Of a stretch of DNA of 64,000 nucleotides, positions 50,701 through 64,000 are shown in pieces. The position numbers and the translations under genes are program-made. Each line of letters starts with the position of its first letter. The first letter of the stretch is position 1. Location: positions 42,658,001 to 42,722,000 of the forward strand of contig CM059432.1 of NCBI GenBank assembly GCA_030390025.1. Direction: 5' to 3'. Below the pieces are notes generated by a model. It saw only the letters and a list, made by a program, of their open reading frames with translations, was not told where the DNA came from and made no database searches. The DNA is from Squalus acanthias. Lineage: Eukaryota.

Positions 50701-51780
50701 GCTGAAGAAGCCTTGGTGAGTTGCTGCTGTGCATCTTGTGGATGGTACACACTGCAGCCACGGTACGCCAGTGGTGGAGGGAGTGAATGTTTAAGGTGGT
50801 GGATGGGGTGCCAATCAAGCGGGCTGCTTTGTCCTGGATGGTGTCGAGCTTCTTGAGTGTTGTTGGAGCTGCACTCATCCAGGCAAGTGGAGAGTATTCC
50901 ATCACACTCCTTACTTGTGCCTTGTAGATGGTGGAAAGGCTTTGGGGAGTCAGGAGGTGAGACACTCGCCGCAGAATACCCAGCCTCTGACCTGCTCTTG
51001 TTGTAACAGTATTTATGTGGCTGGCCCAGTTAAGTTTCTGGTCAATGGTGACCCCTAGGATGTTGATGGTGGGGGATTCGGTGATGGTAATGCCGTTGAA
51101 TGTCAAGGGGCAGTGGTTAGACTCTCGCTTGTTGGAGATAGTCATTGCCTGGCACTTGTGTGGCGTGAATGTGACCTGCCACTTATCAGCGCAAGCCTGG
51201 ATGTCGTCCAGGTCTTGTTGCATGCGGGCATAGACTGCTTCATTATCTGAGGAGTTGCGAATGGCACTGAACATTGTGCAGTCATCAGCGAACATCCCCA
51301 TTTCTGACCTTATGATGAAGGGAAGGTCATTGATGAAGCAGCTGAAGATGGTTGGGCCTAGGACACTGCCCTGAGGAACTCCTGCAGCGATGTCCTGGGG
51401 ATGAGATGATTGATCTCAAACCACCACAAATCTTTGAAAGTGGCAGGAAAAGTTGAGAAGGCTGCTAAAAGAGCATATGGGATCATTGGCTTTATTAATA
51501 GAGGCATAGAGTACAAAAGCAAGGGCGCTGTGCTAAACCTTTATAAAACACTGGTTAGGCCTTAGCTGGAGTATTGTGTTCATTCCTGAGTGCCACACTT
51601 TAGGAAAATTGTCAAGGCCTTAGAGAGGGTGCAGAAGAGATTTACTAGAAAGGTATAAGGAATGAGGGACTTCAGTTATGTTGAGAGACTGGAGAAGCTG
51701 GGGTTGTTATTTAATCAGAGAAGGTTAAGAGGAGATTTGGTAGAGGGGTCAGTAACCAGAGAATGTAGATTTTAGGTGAT
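47750..51780 (+). mobile_element. CR1 family A LINE with ORF1 SGNH-esterase part and disabled ORF2, interrupted by family B at 50387-51430
   Basis: ORF1 VNVGTN..IVISGLLP..DKLHLN; ORF2 EN (CVNARSL, AITETWL) and RT motifs; resumes at ~51430. Confidence 0.9.
50387..51430 (-). mobile_element. Family B LINE 3' part
   Basis: 285-aa ORF at 50444-51301 (MFADDCT..) and an oligo(A) tail at 50387-50396. Confidence 0.9.
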
Positions 51781-54263
51781 TTGAATCCAGCAAACCAGCG
51801 TTCACTGCACAAGCCGGCGACCTGTTCCATAGGTCCACTATTCTCTGGGAAATGTAGAACCGCCTAACATCTAACTAGTTCTGCCCTTACATAACTTGTA
51901 AGCATGACCCCATGGTCCTATCTAACCTATCCAGGTAAAATAATTGGTCCGCATAAACAAAATCTAGTACCTTCATTATTTTATAGACCTTGATCAAATG
52001 AAGACCCTGAGTCTATGCTTTTGTAAAGTGTGGAGACACAGCTTGTTGAGCCTATCTGGGTAATCAAGGTATTTTAAACTGGGAATTAATCTTGTGGCCC
52101 TCCTATGCACCCTGAATTAAACCTCAATATCCCCACCATGTGTGAAGACCAAACTGGACACAATATTCTAATTGAGGCCTAACCCCTGTTCTTCTAAACC
52201 CTCAGACTCACTGTGTGCATCACCACATGTGGTCTGCTAGTTATTAAATGTCATCTTTTCTGCATTTATTGTATACAATAACTCATTTGAGAGTTTTTTT
52301 CCCTTTCAGAATAAAAGAGAAACAAATTGAATTTGAAAACTTTTCAAGTAAACAAACTCGGGCTAATTGCATACACCTGTGTTTGTTTAAAATCCTCATA
52401 ATATAAACATTCTAATTCATCACACCTGTGCAGTCATCAAAAGCAGTAACCGTGCACTTCGCGTTTTAAAGAGAGTTAGAAGATGGCCACCACTAGTGCC
52501 GTGTAGTTGGGGAACTTGGTGAGGAAGGGAAGAGGAGCTGAATGGCCAAAATAGGTAGCAGACCGACTCAAAGTGGATGACAAGTAAAATCACTTGATGG
52601 CATTTCGGGGGTCAGAGACAAATCAGACCACTTTGTCCTTTGCCCCTTCCTCCTCACTCCCATTGCTGCCACACCCTAATTCCCTCCGTACTTCTGTGTC
52701 TTCCCCACCTTCAGTGCTCTCAGACTACAGAATATCCCTCTCTTGCACCCCAGAATTGCCCTTACTACTACCACATACCATGGCCCCCCCACCCCCAAGT
52801 CCTCCCTGTTCCATGATCTGTGCTCCCGGATCAGATAGCCCCTCTGAAATAGCTGCCAGACTCTTAAAATCTCCCGCAAAAGCACCCTTACCCCTGCCAC
52901 GCCACCCGCTGCTATCACAATCCAACACTGCCCTTCACCAGAACTTATGCACACACATTACTTCAGCCCCCCACTCCAAGCTGAGTTCTGATACACACTC
53001 TAGGACTCCTTAGTCCTCCATACCTCAGTACCCTACTCATTCTCTTGGGCCCTCTTCTCCCACAAGGCTGTTCATTCCTGTCCCCCAGCCCCAAAACCAC
53101 CAGAACCCCTGCTCTTTGATCCTGGGGGTCCCTCTCGGTGCTCACAAACTGCTTGAGTGCATTCCTAGTGGTCCCTGATCCCAGAACCACCCCAAGCTTC
53201 CAGATGCTCAGATTCTCTCCCAATACCCCCAGATTCCACGATCTCTCATTTAGTAATCCCAGGAACTGCCACATTGCACCTAGAATATCTCTCACTGGCG
53301 TTACTGGAGCTCTGGGACAGCCCACACACTGCTCCTAGATCCTGGGATACCCCTTAAAATATGGCAAGACTTTGAGAATCCATCCCAGTAATGTGAGATC
53401 CCATGTTCTCTTCCTAGGGCTCCCTGATTACAGGTCACCCTCAATGCTGATAAATGTCCTTGGTAATATAACTTGGCCTAACAACCCTGTTCTTCTAAAA
53501 CCTCAGATTCACTGTGAATATTCCCATGGAAGATCTCCTTGCAAAATATTAATATTTTATAGTGCACACTTCCTCTAAGTATAACACTTACTTTCTGTTG
53601 CTCCTTTTCATTTATAACATTACTATTTTTAGCGTTATTTTTTCTACTTATCTCTGGCTTATTGTTTTTCCCCACCCACAATTTAATAATTTGTAAATTT
53701 ATGCTAAATAATTTGTAAAGTTAATCAATTTCTTGGAGTTGAGAGTAATACACAAATTTATTCCACCAAGCAAATTTCTTGCAGCTGATTGGATGACATG
53801 CATTATTCATTGGGATTCGCTCATATATTTGAATTTGTTAGAACACAACGTTAGCCATGCAAACCAATCGAATCGCTCAAAAATTAGCAAATCTTTTTGC
53901 TCACCATTTTTTCTTAATGTCCAAAATAAGTTTTTAAGTATAATAAAAACATGAAAAATCAGATATTTGATAAAAAGACGAAATTGTGTCTTTTAATACC
54001 TTCATTAAAGTTTCTAATTCAAGGCCATGGCCTGTTTCAAAAGCCTAATCTTTAGACTATTTTTCCCCCCAGGACAGTTGAAGGAAGTTAACAATTTCTG
54101 TGCATGAGCAGTTTGCAGAGTTTCTTGGGATATATCAGTAAGATTCCCTTATTTGAAGGGCTTCTACCCTTATCCTTTTAGAATTTTAGAGGCATAGAAG
54201 TTTACAGCACAGAAGGAGGACCATTGTGTTTTTTTTTAGCTCTTTGCTAGAGCAATCTAAACT

Positions 54264-55524
54264 ATTTTTTTAAAATTCGTTCCTGGGATATGGGCGTCGC
54301 TGGCAAGGCCAGCATTTATTGCCCATCCCTAATTGCCCTTGAGAAGGTGGAGGTGAGCCGCCACCTTGAACCGCTGCAGTCCTTGTGAAGGTACTCGCAC
54401 AGTGCTGTTAGGAGGGAGTTCTATGATTTTAACCCAGCGACGATGAAGGAACGACGATCCTTTGATCTGATCCGTTGATTGTGGGATCGCTTCGCTCTGT
54501 CTATAGCATGCTGCTTTTGCTATTTAGCATGCATGTGTTGCAGCTTCCCCAGGTTGGCATCTCATTTTTAGGTACGCTTGGTGCTGCTCCTGGCATGCTC
54601 TTCTGCACTCCTCATTGAACCAGGGTTGGTCCCCTGGCTTGATGGTAATGATCGAGTGAGGGATATGCCAGGCCTTGAGGTTACAGATTGTGGTGGTATA
54701 CAATTCTGCTGCTGCTGATGGCCCTCAGCGCCTCATGGATGCCCAGTTTTGAGTTGCTAGATCTGTTCTGAATCTATCCCATTTAGCACAGTGGTAGTGC
54801 CACACAACACTTTGGAGGGTGTCCTCATTGTGAAGAGGGGACTTTGTCTCCACAAGGTCTGTGCGGTGGTCATTGCTACAAATACTGTCATGGACAGATG
54901 CATCTGAGGTAGATTGGTGAGGATGAGGTCAAGTAGGTTTTTCCCTCGTGTTAGTTCTCTCACCACCTGCCGCAGGCCCAGTCTGGCAGCTGTTTCCTTC
55001 AGGACTAAGCCAGCCCGGTCAGTAGTGGTGCTATTGAGCCACTCCTGGTGATGGACATTGAAGTCCCCCACCCAGAGTACATTCTGTGCCCTTGCTACTC
55101 TCAGTGCTTCTTCCAAGTGGTGTTCAACATGGAGGAGTACTGATTCATCAGCTGAGGGAGGGTGGTAATCAGCAGGAGGTTTCTTTGCCCATGCTTGATC
55201 TGAAACCATGAGACTTCATGGGGTCCGGAGTCAATGTTGAGGACACCCAGGGCCACTCCCTCCCGACTGTATACCACTGTGCCGCCACCTCTGGTGGGTC
55301 TGTCCTGCTGGTGGGACAGGACATACCCAGGGATGGTGATGGAAGAGTTTGGGACATTGGCTGAAAGGTATGATTCTGTGTGAAGATCTGACTATGCCAG
55401 GCTGTTACTTGACTAGTCTGTGGGACAGCTCTCCCAATTTTGGCACAAGTCCCCAGATGTTAGTGAGGAGGATTTTGCAGGGTTGACTGGGCTGGGTGTG
55501 ATGTTGTCGTGTCCGAAGCCGGTG
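54264..55524 (-). mobile_element. Family B LINE with internal deletion of RT (EN region joined to the 3' tail), inside an older antisense CR1 relic (~54185-55945)
   Basis: 3' tail at 54264-54458 abuts the EN/linker region from ~54460; EN motif WVGDFNVHHQEWL. Confidence 0.85.
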
Positions 55525-55946
55525 CCTCTGCTTTGCTTTTTCCCCATAGCCCTGTATTTTCCTCTACTTCAAATATTTATCCACTTTTCCCTTAAAAGAT
55601 GCAAGGGTCTCTGCCTCAACTACTCTCTGGCAAAGCATTCCATGCTCTGACAACCTACTTTGTAAAATTTCTCCTAACCTCTCTCCTTACTCTCAGTGAC
55701 AATTTTAAATTGATGACCCCCTCATCATTGACACCTCACCCAGAGGAAATACTTTGTTCCTATTCACCTAATCAGAACTTTTCCATAATTTTAAAAGCAT
55801 CTATTAAATCTCCTCCTAGCCTGCACTGCTCCAGGGGAAATGGTCGCAATATCCCAAATCTATTGTTATAATTGCTCAACCCCGTTATCATTCTGGTGAA
55901 CCTACGCTGTATGTTCTCTATGGCTTTAATGTTATTTCTGTGATGT

Positions 55947-58900
55947 TCCGATGGGACGGGCTTCACTTGGCCAGTGCTGGGGCTAGAGTCCTGACGGATC
56001 ATATAACTAGGGCTGCAGAGAGGGCTTTAAACTAACTAGTGGGGGGGAGGTTCCTAGAGAGCAAATAATAAAAATGACAACAGAGAAGGTCATAGACTTA
56101 GGTAGCAGTGGGGAAATTAAAAACCAGAGTGTGTCAGGAAGGGGCAGAAGGTATGGTGTAAAAGGTAAAGTAATAAAAAGGGCAAAAGCAGGAACTAAGT
56201 GTCACAAAACATATTTGAAAGTTCTCTATCTGAATGCACGTAGCATTCGTAACAAAATAGACGAGTTAATGGCACAAATAACTACATATGGGTATGATCT
56301 TGTGGCCATTACAGAAACATGGCTGCAGGTTGACAATGCCTGGGAATTAAACATACCAGGTTATTTAATGATCAGGAAGGACAGACAGGCAGGAAGGAAG
56401 TGAGGTGGGGTGGCTATGTTAATAAAGGAAGGAATCACTGTAATACAGAGAAATGATATTGGGTCAAAAGATCAGGATAATGAAACAGTTTGGGTGGAGA
56501 TAAGGAATAATAAGGGGAAAAAAAACACTAGTGGGCGTAGTCTATAGGCCTCCGAACAGTTGCAACTCTGTTGGACGGAGTATCAATCAGGAAATAGTTG
56601 AGGCTTGTAATAAGGGAACATCTATAATTATGGGGGATTTTAACTATCATATTAATTGGACAAATCAAATTGGGCAGGGCTGCCTTGAGGATGAGTTCAT
56701 TGAGTGTATTAGGGATGGGTTTCTTGAGCAGTATGTAACTGAACCGACCAGGGGGCAAGCAACCTTAGATCTGGTCCTGTGTAACGAGACAGGATTAATT
56801 AAAAATGTCCTAGTAAAGGATCCCCTTGGAATGAGTGACCATAACATGGTTGAATTCCATATTCAATTAGAGGGTGAGAAGGTTGGATCTCAAACAAGCG
56901 TGCTAAGCTTGAATAAAGGAGACTATGAAGGTATGTGAGCGGAATTGAGTAGAGTGGATTGGGAAAATAGATTAAAGGGTACGACGATACATGATCAGTG
57001 GTGTACATTTAAGGAGTTATTTTACAACTTCCAAAAAATATATATTCCACTGAGAAGAAAAGGGTGTAAAAGAAAAGACAGTCATCCGTGGCTAAGTAAA
57101 GAAATTAAGGATAGTGTTCGACTAAAAACAAGGACGAATAAAGTAGCCAAATCTAGTGGGAGGATAGAGGATTGGGAAAACTTTAAAAGACAGCAAAAAA
57201 TAACAAAAAGATTGATTAAGAAAGGGAAGATAGATTATGAAAGTAAATTAGCAAAAAATATAAAAACAGATAGTAAGAGTTTTTATAGTTATATAAAAAG
57301 AAAAAGGGTGGCTAAAGTAAATGTTGGTCCCTTAGAGGATGAGACCGGGAAATTAATGGTGGGAAATATGGAGATGGCAAATACACTGAATGGATATTTT
57401 GTATCAGTCTTTACACTAAGAATATCCCAACACTGGACAAACAGGGGGCTATGGAGGGGAGGAGCTAAACACGATCAAAATCACTAAGGAAGTGGTACTC
57501 GGTAAAATAATGGGACTCAAGGCAGATAAATCACCTGGACCTGATGGCTTACATCCTGGGGTCTTGAGGGAAGTGGCGGTAGGGATTGTGGATGCATTGG
57601 TAATAATTTTCCAAAACTCCCTGGACTCAGCAAAGATCCCGGCAGACTGGAAAACTGCTAATGTAACACCCTTATTTAAAAAGGGCAGTAGACAGAAGGC
57701 TAAAAACTATAGACCGGTTAGCCTAACATCTGTGGTAGGTAAAATTTTGGAGTCCATTATTAAGGAGACAGTAACGGGACATTTGGATAATCATAATTTA
57801 ATAGGACAAAGTCAGCATGGTTTTATGAAGGGGAAGTCATGTTTGACAAATTTGCTGGAGTTCTTTGAGGAAGTAACATACAGGGTGGATAAAGGGGAAC
57901 CAGTGGATGTGGTGTATTTAGACTTCCAAAAGGCATTTGACAAGGTGCCACACAAAAGATTATTGCTTAAGATAAAAAATCACGGGATTGGGGGTAATAT
58001 TCTGGCATGGATAGAGGATTGGCTATCTAACAGAAGGCAGAGAGTTGGGATAAATGGTTCATTCTCAGACTGGCAATCAGTAACTAGCGGTGTTCCGCAG
58101 GGGTCAGTGCTGGGTCCCCAACTCTTTACAATCTATATTAACGATTTGGAGGAGGGGATCGAGTGTAACTTATCAAAGTTTGCAGATGATACTAAGATGG
58201 GAGGGAAAGTAGTGAGTGAGGAGGACATAAAAAATCTGCAAGGGGACATAGACAGGCTAAGTAAGTGGGCAGAGATTTGGCAGATGGAATACAATACTAG
58301 AAAGTGTGAGGTTATGCACTTTGGCAGGAAAAATAGTAGAGCAAGTTATTATCTTAATGGCAAGGAACTGGAAAGTACTGAAGTACAAAGGGATCTGGGG
58401 GTCCTGGTGCACGAAACTCAAAAGGTTAGTATGCAGGTGCAGCAAGTGATTAAGAAGGCCAATGGAATGTTGGCTTTCATTGCTAGGGGGATAGAATATA
58501 AAAATAGGGAGGTATTGCTTCAGTTGTACAAGGTATTGATGAGACCGCACCTGGAATACTGCATACAGTTTTGGTGTCCATACTTAAGAAAAGACATACT
58601 TGCTCTCGAGTCAGTACAAAGAAGGTTCACTCGGTTAATCCCGGGGATGAGGGGATGGACATATGAGGAGAGGTTGGGTAGATTGGGACTCTACTCATTG
58701 GAGTTCAGAAGAATGAGAGGCGATCTTATTGAAACATATAAGATTGTGAAGGGTTGGATCGGGTGGATGCGGGGAGGATGTTCCCGATGATGGGTGAAAC
58801 TAGAACTAGGGGGCATAGTCTTAGAATAAGGGGCTGCTCTTTCAAAACTGAGATGAGAAGGAACTACTTCACTCAGAGGGTGGTAGGTCCATGGAATATG

Positions 58901-59243
58901 CTGCCCCAAAAAGCTGTAGAAGCTACATCATTACATAAATTTAAAACAGAAATAGACAGTTTCCTGGAAGTAAAGGGAGTTAAGGGTTACGGGGAGCGGG
59001 CAGGAATTTGGACATGAGTCTAGGTTCGGATCGGTCATGGCCCTGTGGGTAGCGTAGCGGGCCCAGGGGCCGTGTAGCCTGATCCTGCTCCTATTTCGTG
59101 TGTCCAATTCTGTTAGGTTCAGGAGATGGTTCTGTGATAGTAGATTGGCGGTTAGAATCAGATCAGCCATGATCTTATTGAATGGCGGAGCAGGCTCGAG
59201 GGGCCAATTGGCCTACTCCTGCTCCTATTTCTTATGTTCTTAT
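55947..59243 (+). mobile_element. Young CR1 family A LINE: ORF1 end, ORF2 with few lesions, extended 3' UTR
   Basis: YLNARSIRNK, 432-aa RT ORF at 57492-58790, tail (ttcttatg)2. Confidence 0.93.
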
Positions 59244-60790
59244 GATGGGATACCCAAAACTACACAGAGTACTCAAATCAATGGTATGCCATCTTGCTCT
59301 TTGCCCCTATTTATAAAACCGAAAATGCTAATTCCCTTTTTTTATGCCTTTATCTACCTGCATTTGCACATTCAAGGAATTATGTACTTGAACTCCGAGA
59401 ATTATGGCATTTTACAGAACAGAAGGAGGCCATTCAGCTTATCGTGCCTGTGCTGCCTCTTTGAAAGAACTAGCCACTTAGTCCCATTCCCTTGCCCTTC
59501 CCCATACCCTTTTATATTTTTTTCTGTTTCAAGTATTTATTCACTTTTAAAATCTATTATGGATTTTGCTTTTACCTCTGTCTCTGGTAGGGCATTCCAT
59601 CAAAAAAGAAATGCAATACCGAGTGGGTGCATCGGTCTATGGGTTACCACTGGAAACTAAGGCCCATTTGTGTGTCACTTCAAGTGGAACTGCACACTGG
59701 CCTCAGCCCATTTTCACAATGTCTGTTTTGACTCTGGAGTCTTTATTTGGTATTGCTTCTAATTCTGAGGTGCCCAAACTATGGCCCATATATGGCACAC
59801 AAGACCTGCAATTCAGTTTATATTTGCGTTTATACTTGTAACTTTTTTTTAAATTGTGGGTTGGAGACATGGAAAGGTCTGCTGACAATGTAGTAGATAA
59901 ATCCTAACTCTGAACACCAAGATCCTTTAGTGTTGGTAGTTTGAGATCTATCTGCCTCTTACAAGTCAAATCAAGCAAGGGGGACTCCATATGCCAGCTG
60001 TTCCTTAGTCTACACTGGAGCCTGACATATCAGTGAAAGCTGGTATGCTGAGTGAGGTGGGTTGCATAAGCCTCCACAAGAGTATACATGAGCCCCAACC
60101 ATGGGATCTAGGACAGGCAAGTGGCCTGAAGACAAGATTTTTTTAAACGTTTTACAGGTGCCCCCCTCCCCCTACCCTTACTAAGGGGCCAGAGGGAACA
60201 TGGACAGAGTTAGACCTGGGCAAAAAGAAAACCCTCTTCCTTTACCATAGGGTCAGGTGGGTGCTACAGTTACCGGCAATCATGGACAGGTGGGTGTTGC
60301 ACCCTCTTAACTCAAGTAAATAATGTGTTGTTCCCTGCAAAAACTGTGTGGTCACCATTGCGATCATGGCCAGAGGAATTTGGCTCAAGGATGAAAAGTT
60401 TGGATACTTCTTGCTCTACTTCATATTAGATGTGGGCGCAGAAAACATAATTTTCACAAGGCCTTTCTGCATTGGTTTTAGGGCAACAATAGAGCATATC
60501 TTCAAAGCTTATTTCCTGATAGCTAATTTGAGAAGTGGTAGTAGTATTTTAGAGCTGTGGGGGTCTTCTAATTCCATAACTAAATTTGAAATAAAACAAA
60601 TTGACCATTTTTGGCACCTAGTATTCAAATGTTATAGTGGTATCATTAAGTTTAATACAGAATGCCAGCAGTGATCTAGTTTGAATTTGACAATATATTC
60701 TGCATTATCAATAGTGTTTAAAAGATTCTCTAAAAGTCCTTTTCATATGGAAATAAAGCATTTCACTAACAATTGTTTTATTACCCTCAG

Positions 60791-60876
60791 GAAAACAAGA
60801 TTATAAGAAAACCAAATCAGTTTTAAAAGCAACTAGATTGAAAGCAGAAGCCAAGAAAACAGCACCAGGAATAAGG
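60791..60876 (+). CDS. TRIQK: TRIQK second coding exon (86 nt)
   Basis: Acceptor ttttattaccctcag|60791, donor AGG|gtgtgt at 60877. The phase-1 junction joins in frame with the first exon: (G)KQDYKKTKSVLKATRLKAEAKKTAPGIR. The C-terminal transmembrane exon was not found in the window. Confidence 0.93.
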
Positions 60877-61409
60877 GTGTGTGTAGTTGTTTGATAACCT
60901 TCATTAAATTTCAGTGGATGTCAAGTATCTTTTCCCTAAAGATAAATGAACTGAATATTGATTATTTCTCTGAGATATTGTTTGTGACATTTCAGAATCT
61001 ATGTGGAATGTTAGGAACTAAATATTTATGTGGTACTGCACTTAAAACTGGAAATTATCATAAGTTTTCAATGGTCTGTGATGTAAAAGCCAAACTATAA
61101 GCAGAAGGCTGCCTGACTATTCTGTGGGATCCAAATTCAGAATGTTATATTAAAAAACTTCTGGTAATGCAATGTGCACCTTCTACATCTGATTATAAAG
61201 CTATTCAAGTAGTATCTTACATTGTATTGCACAGCACTTATTGTCCTTAGTTTGAATTATTAATCCACTGTTCCTACTTTCCTGTGTAATTAATACCAAA
61301 GAAGAAACCACTATTTTAAATGCATAGCTTTTCTCTTATGATGCCAGTTTTAATTCCGTATCATCGTGGCTAGATAAATACATACCATAATTCTGATAAA
61401 AGCGTAATG

Positions 61410-62607
61410 CCTTTATATTTGGATTTTCAGAGGGTATTCGATAAGGTGCCACACAAGAGGTTGTTACACAAGATTAGGGCTCGTGGGATTGGGGGTAATA
61501 CATTAGCCTGGATTGAGGATTGGTTAACGGACAGAAAACAGAGAGCAGGAATAAACGGGTCATTTTCGGGTTGGCTGGTTTTAACAAGTGGAGTGCTGCA
61601 AGGATCAGTGCTTGGGCCTCAGCTATTTACAGTCTATATCAATGACTTTGTTGAAGGGACCGAGTATAATATATCCAACTTTGCTGATGATACAAAGCTA
61701 GATGGGAAAGTAGGCTGTGAGGAGGACGCAAAGAGGCTGCAAAGGGATATAGACCTGTTAAATGATTGGGCAAGAAGGTGGCAGATGGAGTATAATGTGG
61801 GGAAATGTGAAATTATCTACTTTGGTAAGAAGAATAGGAAATCAGAATAATTTTTAAACGGTGAGAGTCTAGTAAATGTTGATATTCAGATGGATTTGCA
61901 TGTTCTTGTATATAAATCACTGAAAGTTTTTAGAATATGGTGACCAGAACTGCACACAGTACTCCAAGTGTAGTCTAACCAAGGTTCAATACAAGTTTAA
62001 GAGTGAGGAAGTCTTGCTGCAATTATATAGGGCTTTGGTGAGACTACACCTGGAGTACTGTGTACAGTTTTGCTCCCTTTACCTAAGGAAGGATATACTT
62101 GCATTAGAGGGGGTGCAACAAAGGTTCACTAGGTTGATTCCTGGGATGAGAAGGCTGTCCTATGAGGAGAGATCGAGTAGAATGGGCCTATATTCTCTGA
62201 AGTTTAGAAGAATGAGAGGCGGTCTCATTAAAACAAATACAATTCTTAGAGGGCTTGACAGGGTAGATGCTGAGAGGCTGTTTCCCCTGGCTGGGGAGTC
62301 TAGAACCAGGGGTCATAGTTTCAGAATAAGGCGTCGGCCATTTAGGACTGAGACAAGGAAAGATTTCTTCACTCAGAGGGTTGTGAACCTTTGGAATTCT
62401 CTACCCCAGAGGGCTGTGGATGCTCAGTCGATGAGTATATTCAAGACTGAGATCGATAGATTTTTGGGCATTAAGGGAATCAAGAGATTTGGGGATAGGG
62501 CGGGAAAGTGGAGTTGATGTAGAAGATCAGACATGATCTTATTGAATGGCGGAGCAGGCTCGAGGGGCTGTATGGCCTACTCCTACTTCTATTTCTTATG
62601 TTCTTAT
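61410..62607 (+). mobile_element. CR1 family A RT and 3' end
   Basis: ORFs 61407-61850 and 62014-62517; tail ttcttatgttcttat. Confidence 0.9.
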
Positions 62608-63379
62608 ATTGATATAATAGTATGAATTTTTTCTGCCACATGTGTTGTCTGATGAGCAGTAATTTAGTTGCAGCACTTTTTTTCTCTGAATTATTTTCAT
62701 TGCCATGGTACACACCTCCTACAAGCACATTTTACTCTTTCTCCAAACATGTACACTAACTTTCTTGCAGCTCTACTGTCTTACTCCATCTTATCATTCT
62801 CCTGTCTGGCTTGCCCCTCTCATTTTACCAGTCATGCTGTCACCATATATGTACTCATTGTTCTGACATTTCCCTCACAATTTTGCAGCTGTGCCTTTTG
62901 GCATGTCTCTCAGGCCCTGAATTTTCTGGTCGTATCTACACATTTCTGTACATCTCACCTCAAATGCAAGACTACGACAAAAAAAACAAAGAAGTTTGGG
63001 GCCCCTTGTCTCCACCTCTACCCAACTGTTTTCTTTGCTATTAAGACAAGTTAAAGTCCAGCTGTTGGCTCACTATTACATAGCTACACAACATATGGTG
63101 CAAATAAAGTAAAATAAATTAATTTAATGGTGGTATAGGGAGAAATAAATGATTTTTGACACTGAACTATGTAACTCCTTCAGGCTTACAGTCTTGAGGT
63201 CCAGTGTCACTTAGTTTATTCTAGTGCTCTCTGCTTTATGTTAAAAACATTTTCAACATAAAGTAATTGAATTTGAATTTAATTTTATTTTACCTAGTGT
63301 ATTAACCAGCAATCATATTTAAAAATGCCCTTTCAAACAAATGTGAATTTTGTCAGTTTTCTTAGATTATCTCACTATC

Positions 63380-64000
63380 ATGTGGTGGTTATTTTTTCTT
63401 ATGGAGGGGAAACAGGACATGAATAGCTCACTGCAGTCAAAATGTGCTCCCAACAGCTGGTCACAGATTGCCATCTATACCATTGTTGAAGTCTACATAC
63501 CATAGCTTCTGTTGTGTCAAAGAGGAAAAGGATGGTACAAAATGAGTCAGATGAAATATGTTCAATATGTAGGACAGTAACAGTTGAAATTTAATGTAGA
63601 CAACTGTAAAATGTTGCACATGGAAAGAAAAATGGGAAACAAAGCATTTCATGAATGGTATTGAAATACCTATGGGTTGAAAGGCATCTAAGGATTTTAA
63701 TAGACTCACCACTTAACATGTCCAATCACTGCTAAGTAGAAATTAGGAAAGCAAATACAATACTGAACGAATAGCCAAGGCAGTGGGAGTACAAATTGGA
63801 GAAAGTCCTGATTGAATTATACAATGCCTTCTGGTCATACCACACTTGAGTACATTGTGCTGCTGAGATGCAAAAGAAACAGTTAAGAGCTGAAGGCAAT
63901 GCAGAGAATAGGCACAAGACCGATCCCCGTATTCTAGGACTCAAGAAAGAAGCAAGACTGAAGAATTTGGGCTTTTCTCATTGAAAGGAGGCAACTAAGA
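63380..64000 (+). mobile_element. Old CR1 RT C-terminal relic
   Basis: Degenerate aaatttaatgtagacaactgtaaa and cacacttgagtacattgtg (PHLEY) motifs. Confidence 0.55.

Noticed and set aside
52594..53338. Pro/Ser-rich ORFs of 120-139 aa
   Set aside because: By-product of C-rich low-complexity composition; no domain or splice support.

Overview
Vertebrate genomic DNA, most likely from a cartilaginous fish (shark); this is inferred from the repeat landscape. The only host gene I can support is TRIQK on the + strand. Its two coding exons (17290-17350 and 60791-60876) splice to MGRKDAGASKIPIDHYRKQIGKQDYKKTKSVLKATRLKAEAKKTAPGIR across a 43.4 kb intron, and the last coding exon lies beyond the window. 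Most of the rest is nested transposable elements: classic two-ORF CR1 LINEs (family A), a second ORF1-less CR1-group LINE (family B, 7 copies or fragments), L2 and Deu-type SINE relics, and a young full-length Gypsy/Ty3 element (215-bp LTRs, 5-bp TSD). There is also a PIF/Harbinger relic with several Harbinger-type MITEs, a hAT MITE and a palindromic Penelope-like insertion carrying hammerhead ribozyme motifs. Three observations stand out. (1) Family B looks like a protein-coding LINE built as an RNA polymerase III transcription unit: tRNA-like A/B-box head, near-complete avoidance of TTTT on the sense strand, an AATAAA...TTTT-(A)n end in some copies and no conserved AUG. (2) The Gypsy element has no tRNA primer-binding site; in its place is a 13-nt sequence complementary to its own LTR poly(A) signal. 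(3) An unexplained ~1.4 kb segment at 7.4-8.9 kb is not CpG-depleted. All counts were made by eye.
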